Assembly: GCA_963662585.1 (NCBI GenBank)
Contig: OY759729.1
Location: 128,001 to 192,000 of the forward strand
DNA: 64,000 nt
Source: Candidatus Cloacimonadales bacterium
Lineage (GTDB): Bacteria; Cloacimonadota; Cloacimonadia; Cloacimonadales; JAFGVF01
Direction: 5' to 3'
Shown here: piece after piece, positions 26,856 through 37,041 of the stretch
Position numbering within the stretch: the first letter of the stretch is position 1
Layout: each line of letters starts with the position of its first letter
The notes under the pieces: generated by a model
Told to the model about the DNA's origin: nothing
What the model saw: only the letters and a program-made list of their open reading frames with translations
The model's database searches: none
Made by a program: the position numbers and the translations under genes

Positions 26856-27182
26856 TGTTTTTTTCGAAATGTGTTCTTTGCTAAATTACTCATTCACCTT
26901 GAAGCTTTGTTAACTACATCATCACAATCAGTGATATTTAAGCCACCTCAGCAACCATCTTTATATCTTATATAATTCTTTCAGATTAGTGTTGTTTTTA
27001 TCAATATTTATTTTTTATCATGTTTAAGTTATAAGTAAAGAGACAAATAACATGTCTTATAACATTTTTTTGAAAAATTATTTATATTTACCAAAAGAAA
27101 AACGATGAGGAATGTAATTTATCATATTCTAATCAAAGAGATGTTGTATTTCTTTCTTGGGTACAGAAAATTAATGATAAAA

Positions 27183-28759
27183 CAGGCATACCCCCAAAAA
27201 ACTTTGATATAATATAGTGAACTTTAAATTTTATAGTAAGTTAGATATAAAAATTGTCTAAAAAGATTGATTTATAGGTATTACGAATAAACTTAAACTT
27301 TTCTATTAAAATTACGAGAACGCTTGCAAACAAGGCTAATATTAAGACACTTTTAGAAATAGTATAACTAATTGATAGATAATAAAATAAGAAAAATAAT
27401 CCTTGCAAAAAAAGTGCTCCTAAATACAATTAGATTATCTACCAAATAATTTCTAAAGGAGCAATTTAACAATGAATTTAAAAAAACAGAATATAATAAA
27501 ATTACAAGGTAAATTTTCAAAAAGAGTAAAAAAATATTCAGTAGGCTTAACTATTCCTGAGCATAAAGCCTTGAAAGATATAACGAAAGGAGTCATTTCA
27601 AGTAGCTCGGTTATTGTTCGACAAATAGCAACAAGTTTACATGAAAAAATTAGTTTAGATAAAGTATGTGAGAGATTATATAGAAACCTAAAGAATGAGA
27701 AAATTGGAAAAGTGGTAAGTGAAAATTTGTTAAAATACAACAGTGCAAAAGCTACCAATGACACATATTTTATAGTTGATGAATCAGATATATTGAAGCC
27801 AGAATCAAATAAGTTAGAAGGACTATCAAGAGTTAGAGATGGTTCTACCGGACAAAGAGCGAAAGGTTATCATTTACTTAATATTGCATCACTAACAGAT
27901 AAGGGTAAGAATTATTCAATACTCCCAATATGCAGTCAATTATATAGTAATATTATAAAAGAAGATACTTCTAAAATATACTTGAAGATAGAATTATAGA
28001 TATTACTATTCACAGTAATAATAAAGGTATTTTTGTGTTTGATAGAGGTTATGATAGCCGTAAGTTAATAACTTTACTTTCAAATAATGAAAATAACTAT
28101 ATAATTAGAAGGACAGGTAAGAGATCTTTTATTGAGGATAATACCGAAGTTAGCTTTTCATCAGTAGTAAGACAAATTAAACTTAAACATGAGTTTAAAA
28201 CATCTGATAATAAAACTTTTAATTGCGGAACAAAGAGAATGAAAATAAGAATTAATCCACATAAACTTAAGCATCCAGATATAGTTGAAGCAAACTTAGT
28301 TGTTGTAAGGCATGGTAAAAAAGGAGGCTTGTTTTATTTTCTATGTAACTTTAATGATAGCACAATGACAGACTATGAAATAATATTAAAAGCTGTTAAA
28401 GGATACAGAAAAAGATGGAAAATCGAAGAGTTCCATAGACATATCAAGCAGGAGTTTAATTAGGAAAAAGTTCAGCTGATGTCTGATGTAGGATTGAAAA
28501 ATATTAATGTTATATTAATGGTGGCAGTAGATATAGTTTATTCTACAATAAAATATCTGGAAGAACTTTTATATCAATTCCCTGAGTTCGGTAGCACTAA
28601 TTATAAGAATCATACCTATGTCTATTACAAACTGAGTAGAATCATAAAGCACATATTTAATAACACTAAATTGAATAAAATTATACCGCACAAGGGGGAA
28701 TATCATGACAAGCTACAACTACGGATCAATTTCTTATAAAAATAATGGGGGTATGCCAG
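27183..28759 (+). mobile_element. Insertion sequence copy 2 (IS4-superfamily-like DDE), 1577 bp
   Basis: Same TIRs and near-identical sequence to 13830-15406. Confidence 0.92.
27472..28739 (+). pseudogene. DDE transposase, frameshift plus nonsense mutation (copy 2)
   Basis: 1-nt deletion near 27975 (CTAAAATATA vs CTAAGAATATA) and TGG>TAG at 28461-28463. Confidence 0.9.
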
Positions 28760-28779
28760 TAATTTGAACAACATTCCTA

Positions 28780-28807
28780 TTGACATCTTTCACCTTAAAA
28801 TTATCCT
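28780..28807 (+). promoter_or_regulatory. Candidate promoter of the carboxypeptidase-rel operon
   Basis: TTGACA-N16-TATCCT starting 3 nt after the right target-site repeat. Confidence 0.5.
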
Positions 28808-28843
28808 AGTTATAAGAAAGATATTAATGAGGAGTTTCTATCT

Positions 28844-31198
28844 ATGAAACAGAGATTTTTTTTACTTATAGTTCTATTACTCACAACTATTATCAATATT
28901 TATGGTATTGACTACACTGAATACTACTTCCAAGTACCTTACGAAAGCAAGAAGATGATCAATGAACTTAATGAGATTTGCTCTGTAGACAATTTTAACG
29001 ACCAATTTGTCTATGCTTATGCAAATCCTAAGCAATTTATTGAAGTTACCCAACGCTTTCCTAATTTTAAGTTATTAACCAACCCTTCTTCCGAATTCAA
29101 TATCGAAGTTGCTCAAAGCAGAAATGAAATGAGAGAATGGGATTCATATCCTAGTTATTCTACTTATGTAGAGATGATGAATCAATTTGCGATCGACTAT
29201 CCAAATCTTTGCACAGTAGAGAGTATTGGTACTTCTGTAGATAACAGAGAGTTGTTAGTTGCTAAAATTTCAGATAATGTTAGTATAGAAGAGGCTGAAC
29301 CAAAGTTCTTTTATTCTGGGCAAATGCACGGTGATGAGATAGTTTGTTCCATTCTTTTCTTAAGATTAATTGATTATTTATTATCCAACTATGGTACTGA
29401 TCAAGAAATAACAGACATTGTTAATAATACTCAGATTTTTATTAATCCTTTGTCAAATCCTGATGGCTTATACACAGATAATGATAACACTATTAATGGT
29501 GCCACACGCTACAATGCCAATGGTGTTGATTTAAACAGAAATTTTCCTGCTCCTACTGGTGATGATCACCCAGATGATAATGCTTGGCAAGTAGAAAATA
29601 TCGCAATGATGGACTTTGCTTCCCAACATAATTTTGTGATGTCCTCTAATTCTCATAGTGGAGCTGTAGTAATAAATTATCCTTGGGATACTTGGTCTCG
29701 GCTTCATACAGATGATGCCTGGTTTCAATTCGTAAGCAGAATCTATGCCGACACCGTACATGAGAATGCTCCTTCTCCCTATATGACTGATTTTGAAAAT
29801 GGGATTACAAATGGTTATGCTTGGTATCAAACTTTGGGAAGCAGACAGGATTGGTTTAATTATGAAAGAAATTGTCGAGAAATTACTATTGAGCTATCGT
29901 TTAATAAAACAGTGCCAGCTAATCAACTCAATGCTCACTGGGATTATAACTATCAAGCAATGATAGAATGGCTAAAACAGGTTAATTATGGTATTAAAGG
30001 TATAGTTACTGATAATTCAGGAAATCCTGTTGAAGCAAAAATTGAAATATTAGACCATGATCTTGATCAAGATAGATCTTTTGTCTTCAGCTCTCCCCTC
30101 TTAGGTGATTATTATAGACCAATCATTGCTGGTAACTATAGTGTTAAATTTTCAGCTGAAGGCTATGAGTCACAGATAATTGAAAATGTAGAAGTTGCAA
30201 ATAATTCTAGTACAGAAGTGGATGTAATATTAAATGAATCTATAGTTACTTCTTTTACAGGCTATGTTTATGACATGGATTCTAATCCAATCAACAATGC
30301 AACTATTATTTTATCTGATTTATCTGTACATGAAACAAATAGTGATGCAACAGGATATTTTCAGGTCTCACCTCTTTACAGTGGTTCATATAATTTAACT
30401 GTTTCAGCTCCAGGCTATCAAAGCGTTTATCAAAATGTAACTGTTTCAGAGAATTCAGAAGCTGTATCTTTCTACTTAGCTGAATCTACTGCTATTAGTT
30501 TTGAAAATGAACTTAGTACAGATTGGTATTCGACATCTTCAGCTACTTGGACAAGAAATAATGAGGAAGCTTATGATGGAAATTATTCCTTGAAATCAGC
30601 TTCTATTGGCAATGAAAGTAGCACGAATATTCAAATAGAGCTAGAGACTCAGCAATCAGTAATTTCCTTCTATTACAAAGTTTCATCTGAGGAAGGATAC
30701 GATTATTTTAACTTTTACATTAATGATAATATTATCTCAACTTGGAGTGGAGAAGTTGATTGGAGCTATGTTGAATATCCAATTTCAGCTGGTTTAAATA
30801 CTTTCAAATGGGAATACGCCAAAGATCAATCCGTTCAAGAAGGAAGTGATTGTGCTTGGATTGATTTTGTTCAATTACCAAGCTTAACTGATAATGAGAT
30901 TAATGAGGATATTGCTGAGCTTGTAACTCCTCTTACTTGTTATCCTAATCCTTTTAACCCAGAAATTAATATTAGATTTTATCAATCAAAGACTAACCCT
31001 ATTCCCAAAATTACTATTTATAATATCAAAGGACAAAAAGTTACTGAATTTAATGATATATCTTCTGATTCCGGCTATCATACTATAATTTGGAAGGGTG
31101 AAGATTCTAATCAAGTAAAAGTAGCATCAGGAATATATTTCGTGATTTCGGATAATGGGATCAAGAAACAAACAAATAAAATAGTATTAATGAAGTAG
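28844..31198 (+). CDS. Secreted M14 zinc carboxypeptidase with carboxypeptidase-regulatory Ig domains and FlgD/T9SS-like C-terminal domain
   Basis: HGDE zinc motif, NPDG, RYNANGVDLNRNF, HSGA, EITIELS; C-terminal YPNPFNP...IYNIKGQKV...WKGED..VASGIYF. Confidence 0.92.
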   Translation: MKQRFFLLIVLLLTTIINIYGIDYTEYYFQVPYESKKMINELNEICSVDNFNDQFVYAYANPKQFIEVTQRFPNFKLLTNPSSEFNIEVAQSRNEMREWDSYPSYSTYVEMMNQFAIDYPNLCTVESIGTSVDNRELLVAKISDNVSIEEAEPKFFYSGQMHGDEIVCSILFLRLIDYLLSNYGTDQEITDIVNNTQIFINPLSNPDGLYTDNDNTINGATRYNANGVDLNRNFPAPTGDDHPDDNAWQVENIAMMDFASQHNFVMSSNSHSGAVVINYPWDTWSRLHTDDAWFQFVSRIYADTVHENAPSPYMTDFENGITNGYAWYQTLGSRQDWFNYERNCREITIELSFNKTVPANQLNAHWDYNYQAMIEWLKQVNYGIKGIVTDNSGNPVEAKIEILDHDLDQDRSFVFSSPLLGDYYRPIIAGNYSVKFSAEGYESQIIENVEVANNSSTEVDVILNESIVTSFTGYVYDMDSNPINNATIILSDLSVHETNSDATGYFQVSPLYSGSYNLTVSAPGYQSVYQNVTVSENSEAVSFYLAESTAISFENELSTDWYSTSSATWTRNNEEAYDGNYSLKSASIGNESSTNIQIELETQQSVISFYYKVSSEEGYDYFNFYINDNIISTWSGEVDWSYVEYPISAGLNTFKWEYAKDQSVQEGSDCAWIDFVQLPSLTDNEINEDIAELVTPLTCYPNPFNPEINIRFYQSKTNPIPKITIYNIKGQKVTEFNDISSDSGYHTIIWKGEDSNQVKVASGIYFVISDNGIKKQTNKIVLMK

Positions 31199-31210
31199 GA
31201 TATTGAACAA

Positions 31211-33370
31211 ATGTGTGAGGCAAATCCTTGTATTCAAAATATAGTTGATGAGATTATTCAGTTAATCCCAACTTTAGATATTGCTTTATTCAAGCAAGCT
31301 ATCAAAATAGCTGGAAAAGCACACACAAAACAGAAAAGATTATCAGGGGAGAATTATATTATTCATCCCCTGAATGTTGCTTTAATTCTAGCTAAAATGA
31401 ATTCTGACACAGAAACCATTTGTGCTGCCATACTTCATGATACCTTAGAAGATACGCATTTAACTGAATCTGATATTAGACAAGAGTTTGGTGATACCAT
31501 TTTTAGATTAGTTGAGGGAGTAACCAAGTTAGATACTTATCACTATGTGCATAAAAAAGATCAGATTATTAAGCAAGCAGAGAACTTTAGAAAGCTTTTA
31601 TTATTCACCTTGAGAGATGTAAGAGTCTTGATTATCAAACTAGCAGACAGACTTCATAACATGAGAACAATCTCTTTTATGGAGCCAGCTAAACAAGTAA
31701 AAATTGCACAAGAGACTTTAGAAATTTATGCTCCACTTGCCAACAGATTTGGGCTCTCAGTTATCAAAAGTGAACTTGAAAACATCTCATTTAAAATTAT
31801 TAATCCTGCTGAATATGATATTATTGAAAGAATGATAATAGAAAAAAGTACTAGTAGAGAGCTATATATCAAAAATGTTATTAAAGAAACCGTGCTGGAA
31901 TTAGGTAAATATGATTTTGATTTTGATATCCATGGAAGAAGCAAAGATTATTATTCTATCTATCAAAAACATCTCCGTAAAAATATTTCTTATGAAGATA
32001 TCTATGACCTAATTGCTATTCGCATTCTTACTGCTTCTGTTGAACTTTGCTATCGTGTTTTAGGTATTATTCACTCCCTGTATCAACCAATTAACAACAG
32101 ATTTAAAGATTATATTTCTCAACCAAAAGATAATAATTATCAATCCCTTCATACTTTAGTTATCGGTCCAGATGCTAAGAAAATAGAGTTTCAAATCAGA
32201 ACTTATGATATGCATCTAGTTGCTGAAGAGGGCATTGCTGCTCATTGGAAATATAAAGAAGATAATATTGATTTGAAGAATAAATTTGTCGAACAAATAA
32301 AGAAAATTCGTTCATTTATTACTTTATCGAACTTAGAAGAAGATTTTATTGAGTCTTTTAAAAGCAATTTCTTATCAGATGAAATCATTGTTATTACTCC
32401 AGGTGGAGATTATGTTAAGCTTCCTAAAGATAGTACAACCATTGATTTTGCTTTTGCACTCCATACAGAAATAGGTCTAACTTGTACAGGAGCTAAAATT
32501 AACTCTGAGTTTGTTCCATTAAGAACTGTCTTAAAAAATGGTGATCTTGTCTCCATCATCTCTTCGCCAAGAGCGACTCCGAGTTATGACTGGTTAAGAA
32601 TAGTCAAAACTTCCAAGGCAAAATCAAATATTAAAGCATATTTTAAAAGAAAACTACTTGCAGATTCTATTATTCTTGGAAAAGAGATATTTGATAAAAG
32701 AATAAGAAAGAGTCCTTTTAAAATTAAGAAAGAGTGCGATATTTTAGAAATTGCTCACCATTTCAAGCTTCCTAACGCTCAAGAATTTTATGCCAATATT
32801 GGTAATGGAAGATTAGATTTTACTGAAGTTATTAGATATTTAGAAGACAAAGCTAACCCAATAGCAAAGCAAGAAATAATTCAAAGTAGTGAAGCCTACG
32901 ATTGCAATTCTCATCAGGATACTATATATCTTGATGATATAAATAATTTAATGGTCAATTTTGCTAAGTGTTGCAATCCGCATCCTGGAGATGATATTGT
33001 TGGCTATGTAACTCGTGGTAGAGGGATAACAATACATAAGCAAGATTGTCATAACAAGAATTTTTTGAAAATTAAAGAGAATGAAGCCTATCGTATTTTT
33101 AATATTTCATGGGATAAAGAAAAAATAGTTAGAAAACTTAAGAATATTGATATTTCTGGCTACCATAGTAAAACTATTTTTTATGAATTGGTACAAACAA
33201 TAAATAACTATAATTTAGATATTTTAGAAAATAAATTCACAACAAAAAATAATACTTTTCTTTATGAAATTAGCTTTGATGATCATCATTTTAAGAATCT
33301 GAAAATGATGATCCAAAGTTTAAAGAGAATAGATGGTGTTAATAAGGTTAAGTTTTATGAGAAGAAATAG
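31211..33370 (+). CDS. rel: Bifunctional (p)ppGpp synthetase/hydrolase, long RelA/SpoT homologue
   Basis: Intact HD motif (ILHDTLED), KLADRLHNMRT, RFKDYI, YQSLHT, EFQIRT, TGS and CC.P domains. Confidence 0.93.
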   Translation: MCEANPCIQNIVDEIIQLIPTLDIALFKQAIKIAGKAHTKQKRLSGENYIIHPLNVALILAKMNSDTETICAAILHDTLEDTHLTESDIRQEFGDTIFRLVEGVTKLDTYHYVHKKDQIIKQAENFRKLLLFTLRDVRVLIIKLADRLHNMRTISFMEPAKQVKIAQETLEIYAPLANRFGLSVIKSELENISFKIINPAEYDIIERMIIEKSTSRELYIKNVIKETVLELGKYDFDFDIHGRSKDYYSIYQKHLRKNISYEDIYDLIAIRILTASVELCYRVLGIIHSLYQPINNRFKDYISQPKDNNYQSLHTLVIGPDAKKIEFQIRTYDMHLVAEEGIAAHWKYKEDNIDLKNKFVEQIKKIRSFITLSNLEEDFIESFKSNFLSDEIIVITPGGDYVKLPKDSTTIDFAFALHTEIGLTCTGAKINSEFVPLRTVLKNGDLVSIISSPRATPSYDWLRIVKTSKAKSNIKAYFKRKLLADSIILGKEIFDKRIRKSPFKIKKECDILEIAHHFKLPNAQEFYANIGNGRLDFTEVIRYLEDKANPIAKQEIIQSSEAYDCNSHQDTIYLDDINNLMVNFAKCCNPHPGDDIVGYVTRGRGITIHKQDCHNKNFLKIKENEAYRIFNISWDKEKIVRKLKNIDISGYHSKTIFYELVQTINNYNLDILENKFTTKNNTFLYEISFDDHHFKNLKMMIQSLKRIDGVNKVKFYEKK

Positions 33371-33371
33371 C

Positions 33372-33746
33372 TTATCGATGCGGATTCTTTGTTTGAGCTC
33401 TAAATACTATTATTCCCCCAATGATAGCGATGACAATGATAGAAGCTATTGTTAAAGCAACTAAAGGATGAACAAAGCCTTGACTAAAGATAGGAACACT
33501 CCAACTTCTATCAATTGATTTTTTTTGCCACTTACTCTTGTCAACAGGACCAGGGTCTGTACCAGGTTCTGAAGTATAACCACCAGAATAAGTTTCATAT
33601 TGAATTCCACGGGATTCAAAAGTCTTTTCAAAAAAGTATTCCACAATGAAATAGAGTAGGATAATTCCTAATACAGTAATAGAAAGGTACATTATCCAGC
33701 TAAGAACTTTTTTATAATAAAACCAATTATTTTCTTCTTTAATCAT
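33372..33746 (-). CDS. Hypothetical two-TM membrane protein
   Basis: Two hydrophobic segments; ATG 33746 with GGAG RBS overlapping the upstream stop. Confidence 0.7.
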   Translation of the reverse strand: MIKEENNWFYYKKVLSWIMYLSITVLGIILLYFIVEYFFEKTFESRGIQYETYSGGYTSEPGTDPGPVDKSKWQKKSIDRSWSVPIFSQGFVHPLVALTIASIIVIAIIGGIIVFRAQTKNPHR

Positions 33747-34530
33747 AACATCTCCAAAATTTAGAAACATCTTTAATAATGGAATTAATCATATTCAAAT
33801 ATTGCTCGCCAATTCCTGAATAATTAATTAATCCCTCACTTAATAATTCTCCTCGAAGTTCAGAATTAGTCTTGCGTAAATCTCTGCGAATAATCCTGAA
33901 TTTACTATAGGCACTATTAGTATTTAAATTTAACATATATTTCACAACCGAATCATTTATCGTTCTAAAAATAGCAATCTCATGAGTAGCACCTTCATCT
34001 CTAGCTGTCGGTACCAAGCCAGTTCCTACTTTGTAAGTCCAATGTCCAAACATATTATTAGCTTTTTGGGCAAATACAGAGGTTCCCCATCCAGATTCAA
34101 TCGCAGATTGAGTAATTGCTAACTCTTTAGGTATTATATCAACCCTATTTTCCAGTTCATCCCAATCAATATTTTCACTATTAGCAGAGACATCAAGCAG
34201 GTAAACTTTTTCTATGTTATTAATAAAAGTAAGCTCTTCTTGTGTCAATACTTTTTTTAATCTCAACTTTTTTATTTTGTTTCTATTCATTAAAATACTT
34301 CTATTTTCAGTTTCAATAATGAGTGACATAAAGTCAACAAAAAGTCTTTTTCTTGCTTTAATATTTTTTATTGTGGAAAAATCATAAATGTGAGTAGAAT
34401 AATACCTATCAGCTTCATAATCGTATTTCATATAGTCATTAAAAACTATTCTACTCTGTAATGAATGAGATAATCCCCAAAATAAAAGTAATGATATAAT
34501 AAGCTTAGAATTAAAAATATACTCTTTCAT
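33739..34530 (-). CDS. Glucosaminidase-domain (GH73, Bax-like) protein
   Basis: VDIIP..LAITQSAIESGWGTS.FA..ANNMFG.W, YMLNLNT, YS. Confidence 0.85.
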   Translation of the reverse strand: MKEYIFNSKLIISLLLFWGLSHSLQSRIVFNDYMKYDYEADRYYSTHIYDFSTIKNIKARKRLFVDFMSLIIETENRSILMNRNKIKKLRLKKVLTQEELTFINNIEKVYLLDVSANSENIDWDELENRVDIIPKELAITQSAIESGWGTSVFAQKANNMFGHWTYKVGTGLVPTARDEGATHEIAIFRTINDSVVKYMLNLNTNSAYSKFRIIRRDLRKTNSELRGELLSEGLINYSGIGEQYLNMINSIIKDVSKFWRCYD

Positions 34531-35008
34531 AAAACTTTTGGGTTATTTTGATATTTTGTTGATTAGGGATTTGAACATCTTTGATCAATTTCCAGTTTTT
34601 CAGATTAATCTGGGGAAAATAGACATCACCATCAACCTGGAGATCAATTTCACTAATGATTAATTTACCTGCTAAAGTTAGATATTGCTCGAAAACAGAT
34701 TTGCCACCAATAACAAAAAACTCTTCATCAGGTTTGGCAAGTAATTCAAACATCATCTCCCCAAAACCATGGATTACGCAAGCGCCTGGAATACATGCAC
34801 TTCTGTCTGAAGTCAGAATAAAGTTCTTTCTATTAGCTAGTATTTTACCTATGGAATTGAAAGTTTTCTTACCCATAACTACATTATGTGTGCTTGTGAT
34901 TTCTTTAAATTGTGCCAGTTCTTCAGGAATATGCCATGGCATCTTATTATCTTTACCAATCACGCCATTTTTAGCTATTGCAACGATGATAGTAACATTA
35001 CTTTTCAC
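34511..35008 (-). CDS. folA: Dihydrofolate reductase
   Basis: IVAIAKNGVIGKDNKMPW, VVMGKKTF.SIG, FVIGG, GDVYFP; GTG start. Confidence 0.95.
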   Translation of the reverse strand: MKSNVTIIVAIAKNGVIGKDNKMPWHIPEELAQFKEITSTHNVVMGKKTFNSIGKILANRKNFILTSDRSACIPGACVIHGFGEMMFELLAKPDEEFFVIGGKSVFEQYLTLAGKLIISEIDLQVDGDVYFPQINLKNWKLIKDVQIPNQQNIKITQKFYERVYF

Positions 35009-35573
35009 TTTTCACCTCTTGAGCTTTATTATTCTGAACCTGTACGGCGCTCACAATTATAGTACTCATAAATTCATCATACTTAGCATTAACAGCTAAT
35101 TCACCAATACTGTTTAAAATCTCCATCATATTCTTAAATACTAGCATTAAGTTATATTGTCTATTTTTGTTATTTGCATCAATATATGTTAAAATTACGA
35201 ATCTTTTTTTGCTTTTACTCATGGTTATTTTTGTGATTCCTTCAAAAGGGATCTCACGAGTTAAACCAATAAGGGATTTAGCAATTAACTTATCTTTGGT
35301 TAATGTCAGCTTATGAATGTTAAAAAGATTTTGAAAAATAGTGTTTATCCCAGCAAAGAAAATTATTATAGGAATAAATTTAGCAACCATAGTAGCATCA
35401 GGAGCTGTAGCTACTTTGGTGAATAAATAATAAAAAGCATAAATACAAACCAGAATAGCAAAAAGCAATATTATTAGTCGAGTTGTTAAACTAAAATAAT
35501 AGGAGCGTGGCAGTCCTTTCTTTTGATTAATATTAAGTAATTCTTCAGGATCAAATAGTTTTTGATTAGACAT
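34998..35573 (-). CDS. Hypothetical membrane protein (two TM plus soluble domain)
   Basis: ORF translationally coupled within the operon; two hydrophobic helices. Confidence 0.75.
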   Translation of the reverse strand: MSNQKLFDPEELLNINQKKGLPRSYYFSLTTRLIILLFAILVCIYAFYYLFTKVATAPDATMVAKFIPIIIFFAGINTIFQNLFNIHKLTLTKDKLIAKSLIGLTREIPFEGITKITMSKSKKRFVILTYIDANNKNRQYNLMLVFKNMMEILNSIGELAVNAKYDEFMSTIIVSAVQVQNNKAQEVKSEK

Positions 35574-36405
35574 TATCTACCTCTACTTTGAGTTTTAGAA
35601 CCTTGTTGATACTAGCGAACATTTTAACATTTCCTTGATAGCATCCCATATCTTCTCTTTTACCATAACCATGAAAATCACTTCCACCTGTACACACAAG
35701 GTTTAGGTCTCTACATAGAGTCTCTAATCTTCTGATTTGGGAGGGTGAATGATCATAATAGTAAGTTTCTACCCCATCGATACCTTTCTTTTTAAAATAG
35801 TGAATATCTTCAATATTTATTGATTTAAAGGGATGAGCGATTATCGCAAAACCATCTGCATCGTGAATAGCATTAATAACTTCTTCAGGCCCAACATCTA
35901 GTTTTGGTACATAAGCAAATCCTTGATCACCAATATAACGATCAAATGCTTGTTGCTGATGTGATACTACTCCTTTATTAACTAAGGCTTGAGCAATATG
36001 TGGTCGCCCCACAATATTTTCATTCCCGACCAAAGCGTGTACTTCAGAATATTCTATATCTATATTATTTTCCTGTAAAATCGAGATTATTTTTTTAGCT
36101 CTAATAATTCTAGAGTTTTTAATCTTATTTAAAAGATTAAGTAATTTGCTGTTTGAATAATCAATTTCATAACCAAGGATATGAACCTCTCTTCCAGCAT
36201 GTCTGCAGGAAATCTCAGTACCTTTGATAACTCTCATCTCTTTATAATAATCTTGTTGGAACTCCTGAAAAGCATCTACAGTATCATGATCAGTAATAGC
36301 TATTGTTCTAAAGCCTTTTTGATAATAACCCTCTAAGACTTCAGAAAGAGTAAAAATCCCATCAGAGGCAGTTGTATGAATATGTAAATCGATATAGTTA
36401 TTCAT
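35566..36405 (-). CDS. PHP-domain phosphoesterase (YciV/TrpH-like)
   Basis: DLHIHTTASDG, AITDHD, HILGY, GRPHIA, AHP, GGSDFHG. Confidence 0.92.
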   Translation of the reverse strand: MNNYIDLHIHTTASDGIFTLSEVLEGYYQKGFRTIAITDHDTVDAFQEFQQDYYKEMRVIKGTEISCRHAGREVHILGYEIDYSNSKLLNLLNKIKNSRIIRAKKIISILQENNIDIEYSEVHALVGNENIVGRPHIAQALVNKGVVSHQQQAFDRYIGDQGFAYVPKLDVGPEEVINAIHDADGFAIIAHPFKSINIEDIHYFKKKGIDGVETYYYDHSPSQIRRLETLCRDLNLVCTGGSDFHGYGKREDMGCYQGNVKMFASINKVLKLKVEVDNV

Positions 36406-37033
36406 AAGATATTTTCTTCCTCTCAACAAGTATATGTTTCAATCTTGAAGTTATCATATCTATAGCTATTTTATTCTGTCCCCCTTCAGGAACAATGATA
36501 TCTGCATAACGCTTAGTAGGTTCAACAAACCTTATGTGCATTGGCCTAACCATTGCCCTATAACGGGTAATAATAGATTCTAAAGATCTTCCTCTTTCAG
36601 CCATATCTCTCTCTATTCTTCTTAAAATTCTAATGTCAGAATCTGTATCTACATAAATTTTAATGTCGAGAAGTTTGCGTAATTCTTCGTTTTCAAAAAT
36701 GAGTATCCCTTCAATAGCTATGATAGAATTAGGATAGACCTTTATAGTTTCTGATAATCGGCTATGAGTTTTAAAATCATAAATTGGTTGATTAACAGGT
36801 ACTGAATCTTTTAAAGCACGAACATGATTGATAAGTAATTCACTGTCAATCGCACTTGGGTGATCATAATTAATACCGTTTTTTTGTTCAAAGCTAAGTT
36901 CAGAAAAATCTTTGTAGTAAGCATCTTGCGGAATTACAGTAATATGATCTGAAATGCTCTCTTGAATAGCATTTGTAATACATGTTTTTCCTGAGCCAGT
37001 TCCTCCGGCAATTCCTATAATTATAGGATTCAT
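36398..37033 (-). CDS. udk: Uridine kinase
   Basis: IIGIAGGTGSGKT, QDAYY, NYDHP, EGIL, RRIERD. Confidence 0.95.
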   Translation of the reverse strand: MNPIIIGIAGGTGSGKTCITNAIQESISDHITVIPQDAYYKDFSELSFEQKNGINYDHPSAIDSELLINHVRALKDSVPVNQPIYDFKTHSRLSETIKVYPNSIIAIEGILIFENEELRKLLDIKIYVDTDSDIRILRRIERDMAERGRSLESIITRYRAMVRPMHIRFVEPTKRYADIIVPEGGQNKIAIDMITSRLKHILVERKKISYE

Positions 37034-37041
37034 AATTCTCC

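Larger units (their letters stand above)
13830..28759 (+). mobile_element. Composite transposon-like island bounded by two direct IS copies, with 17-bp flanking direct repeat
   Basis: TAATTTGAACAACATTC at 13813-13829 immediately precedes IS copy 1 and recurs at 28760-28776 immediately after IS copy 2; the inner IS flanks do not match each other. Confidence 0.85.

Noticed and set aside
26895..26990. Minus-strand Gly-Cys-TGA-Gly-Gly (GCUG-like) motif
   Set aside because: Another TGA lies 11 codons upstream, there is no start codon or RBS, and no recognisable protein context.
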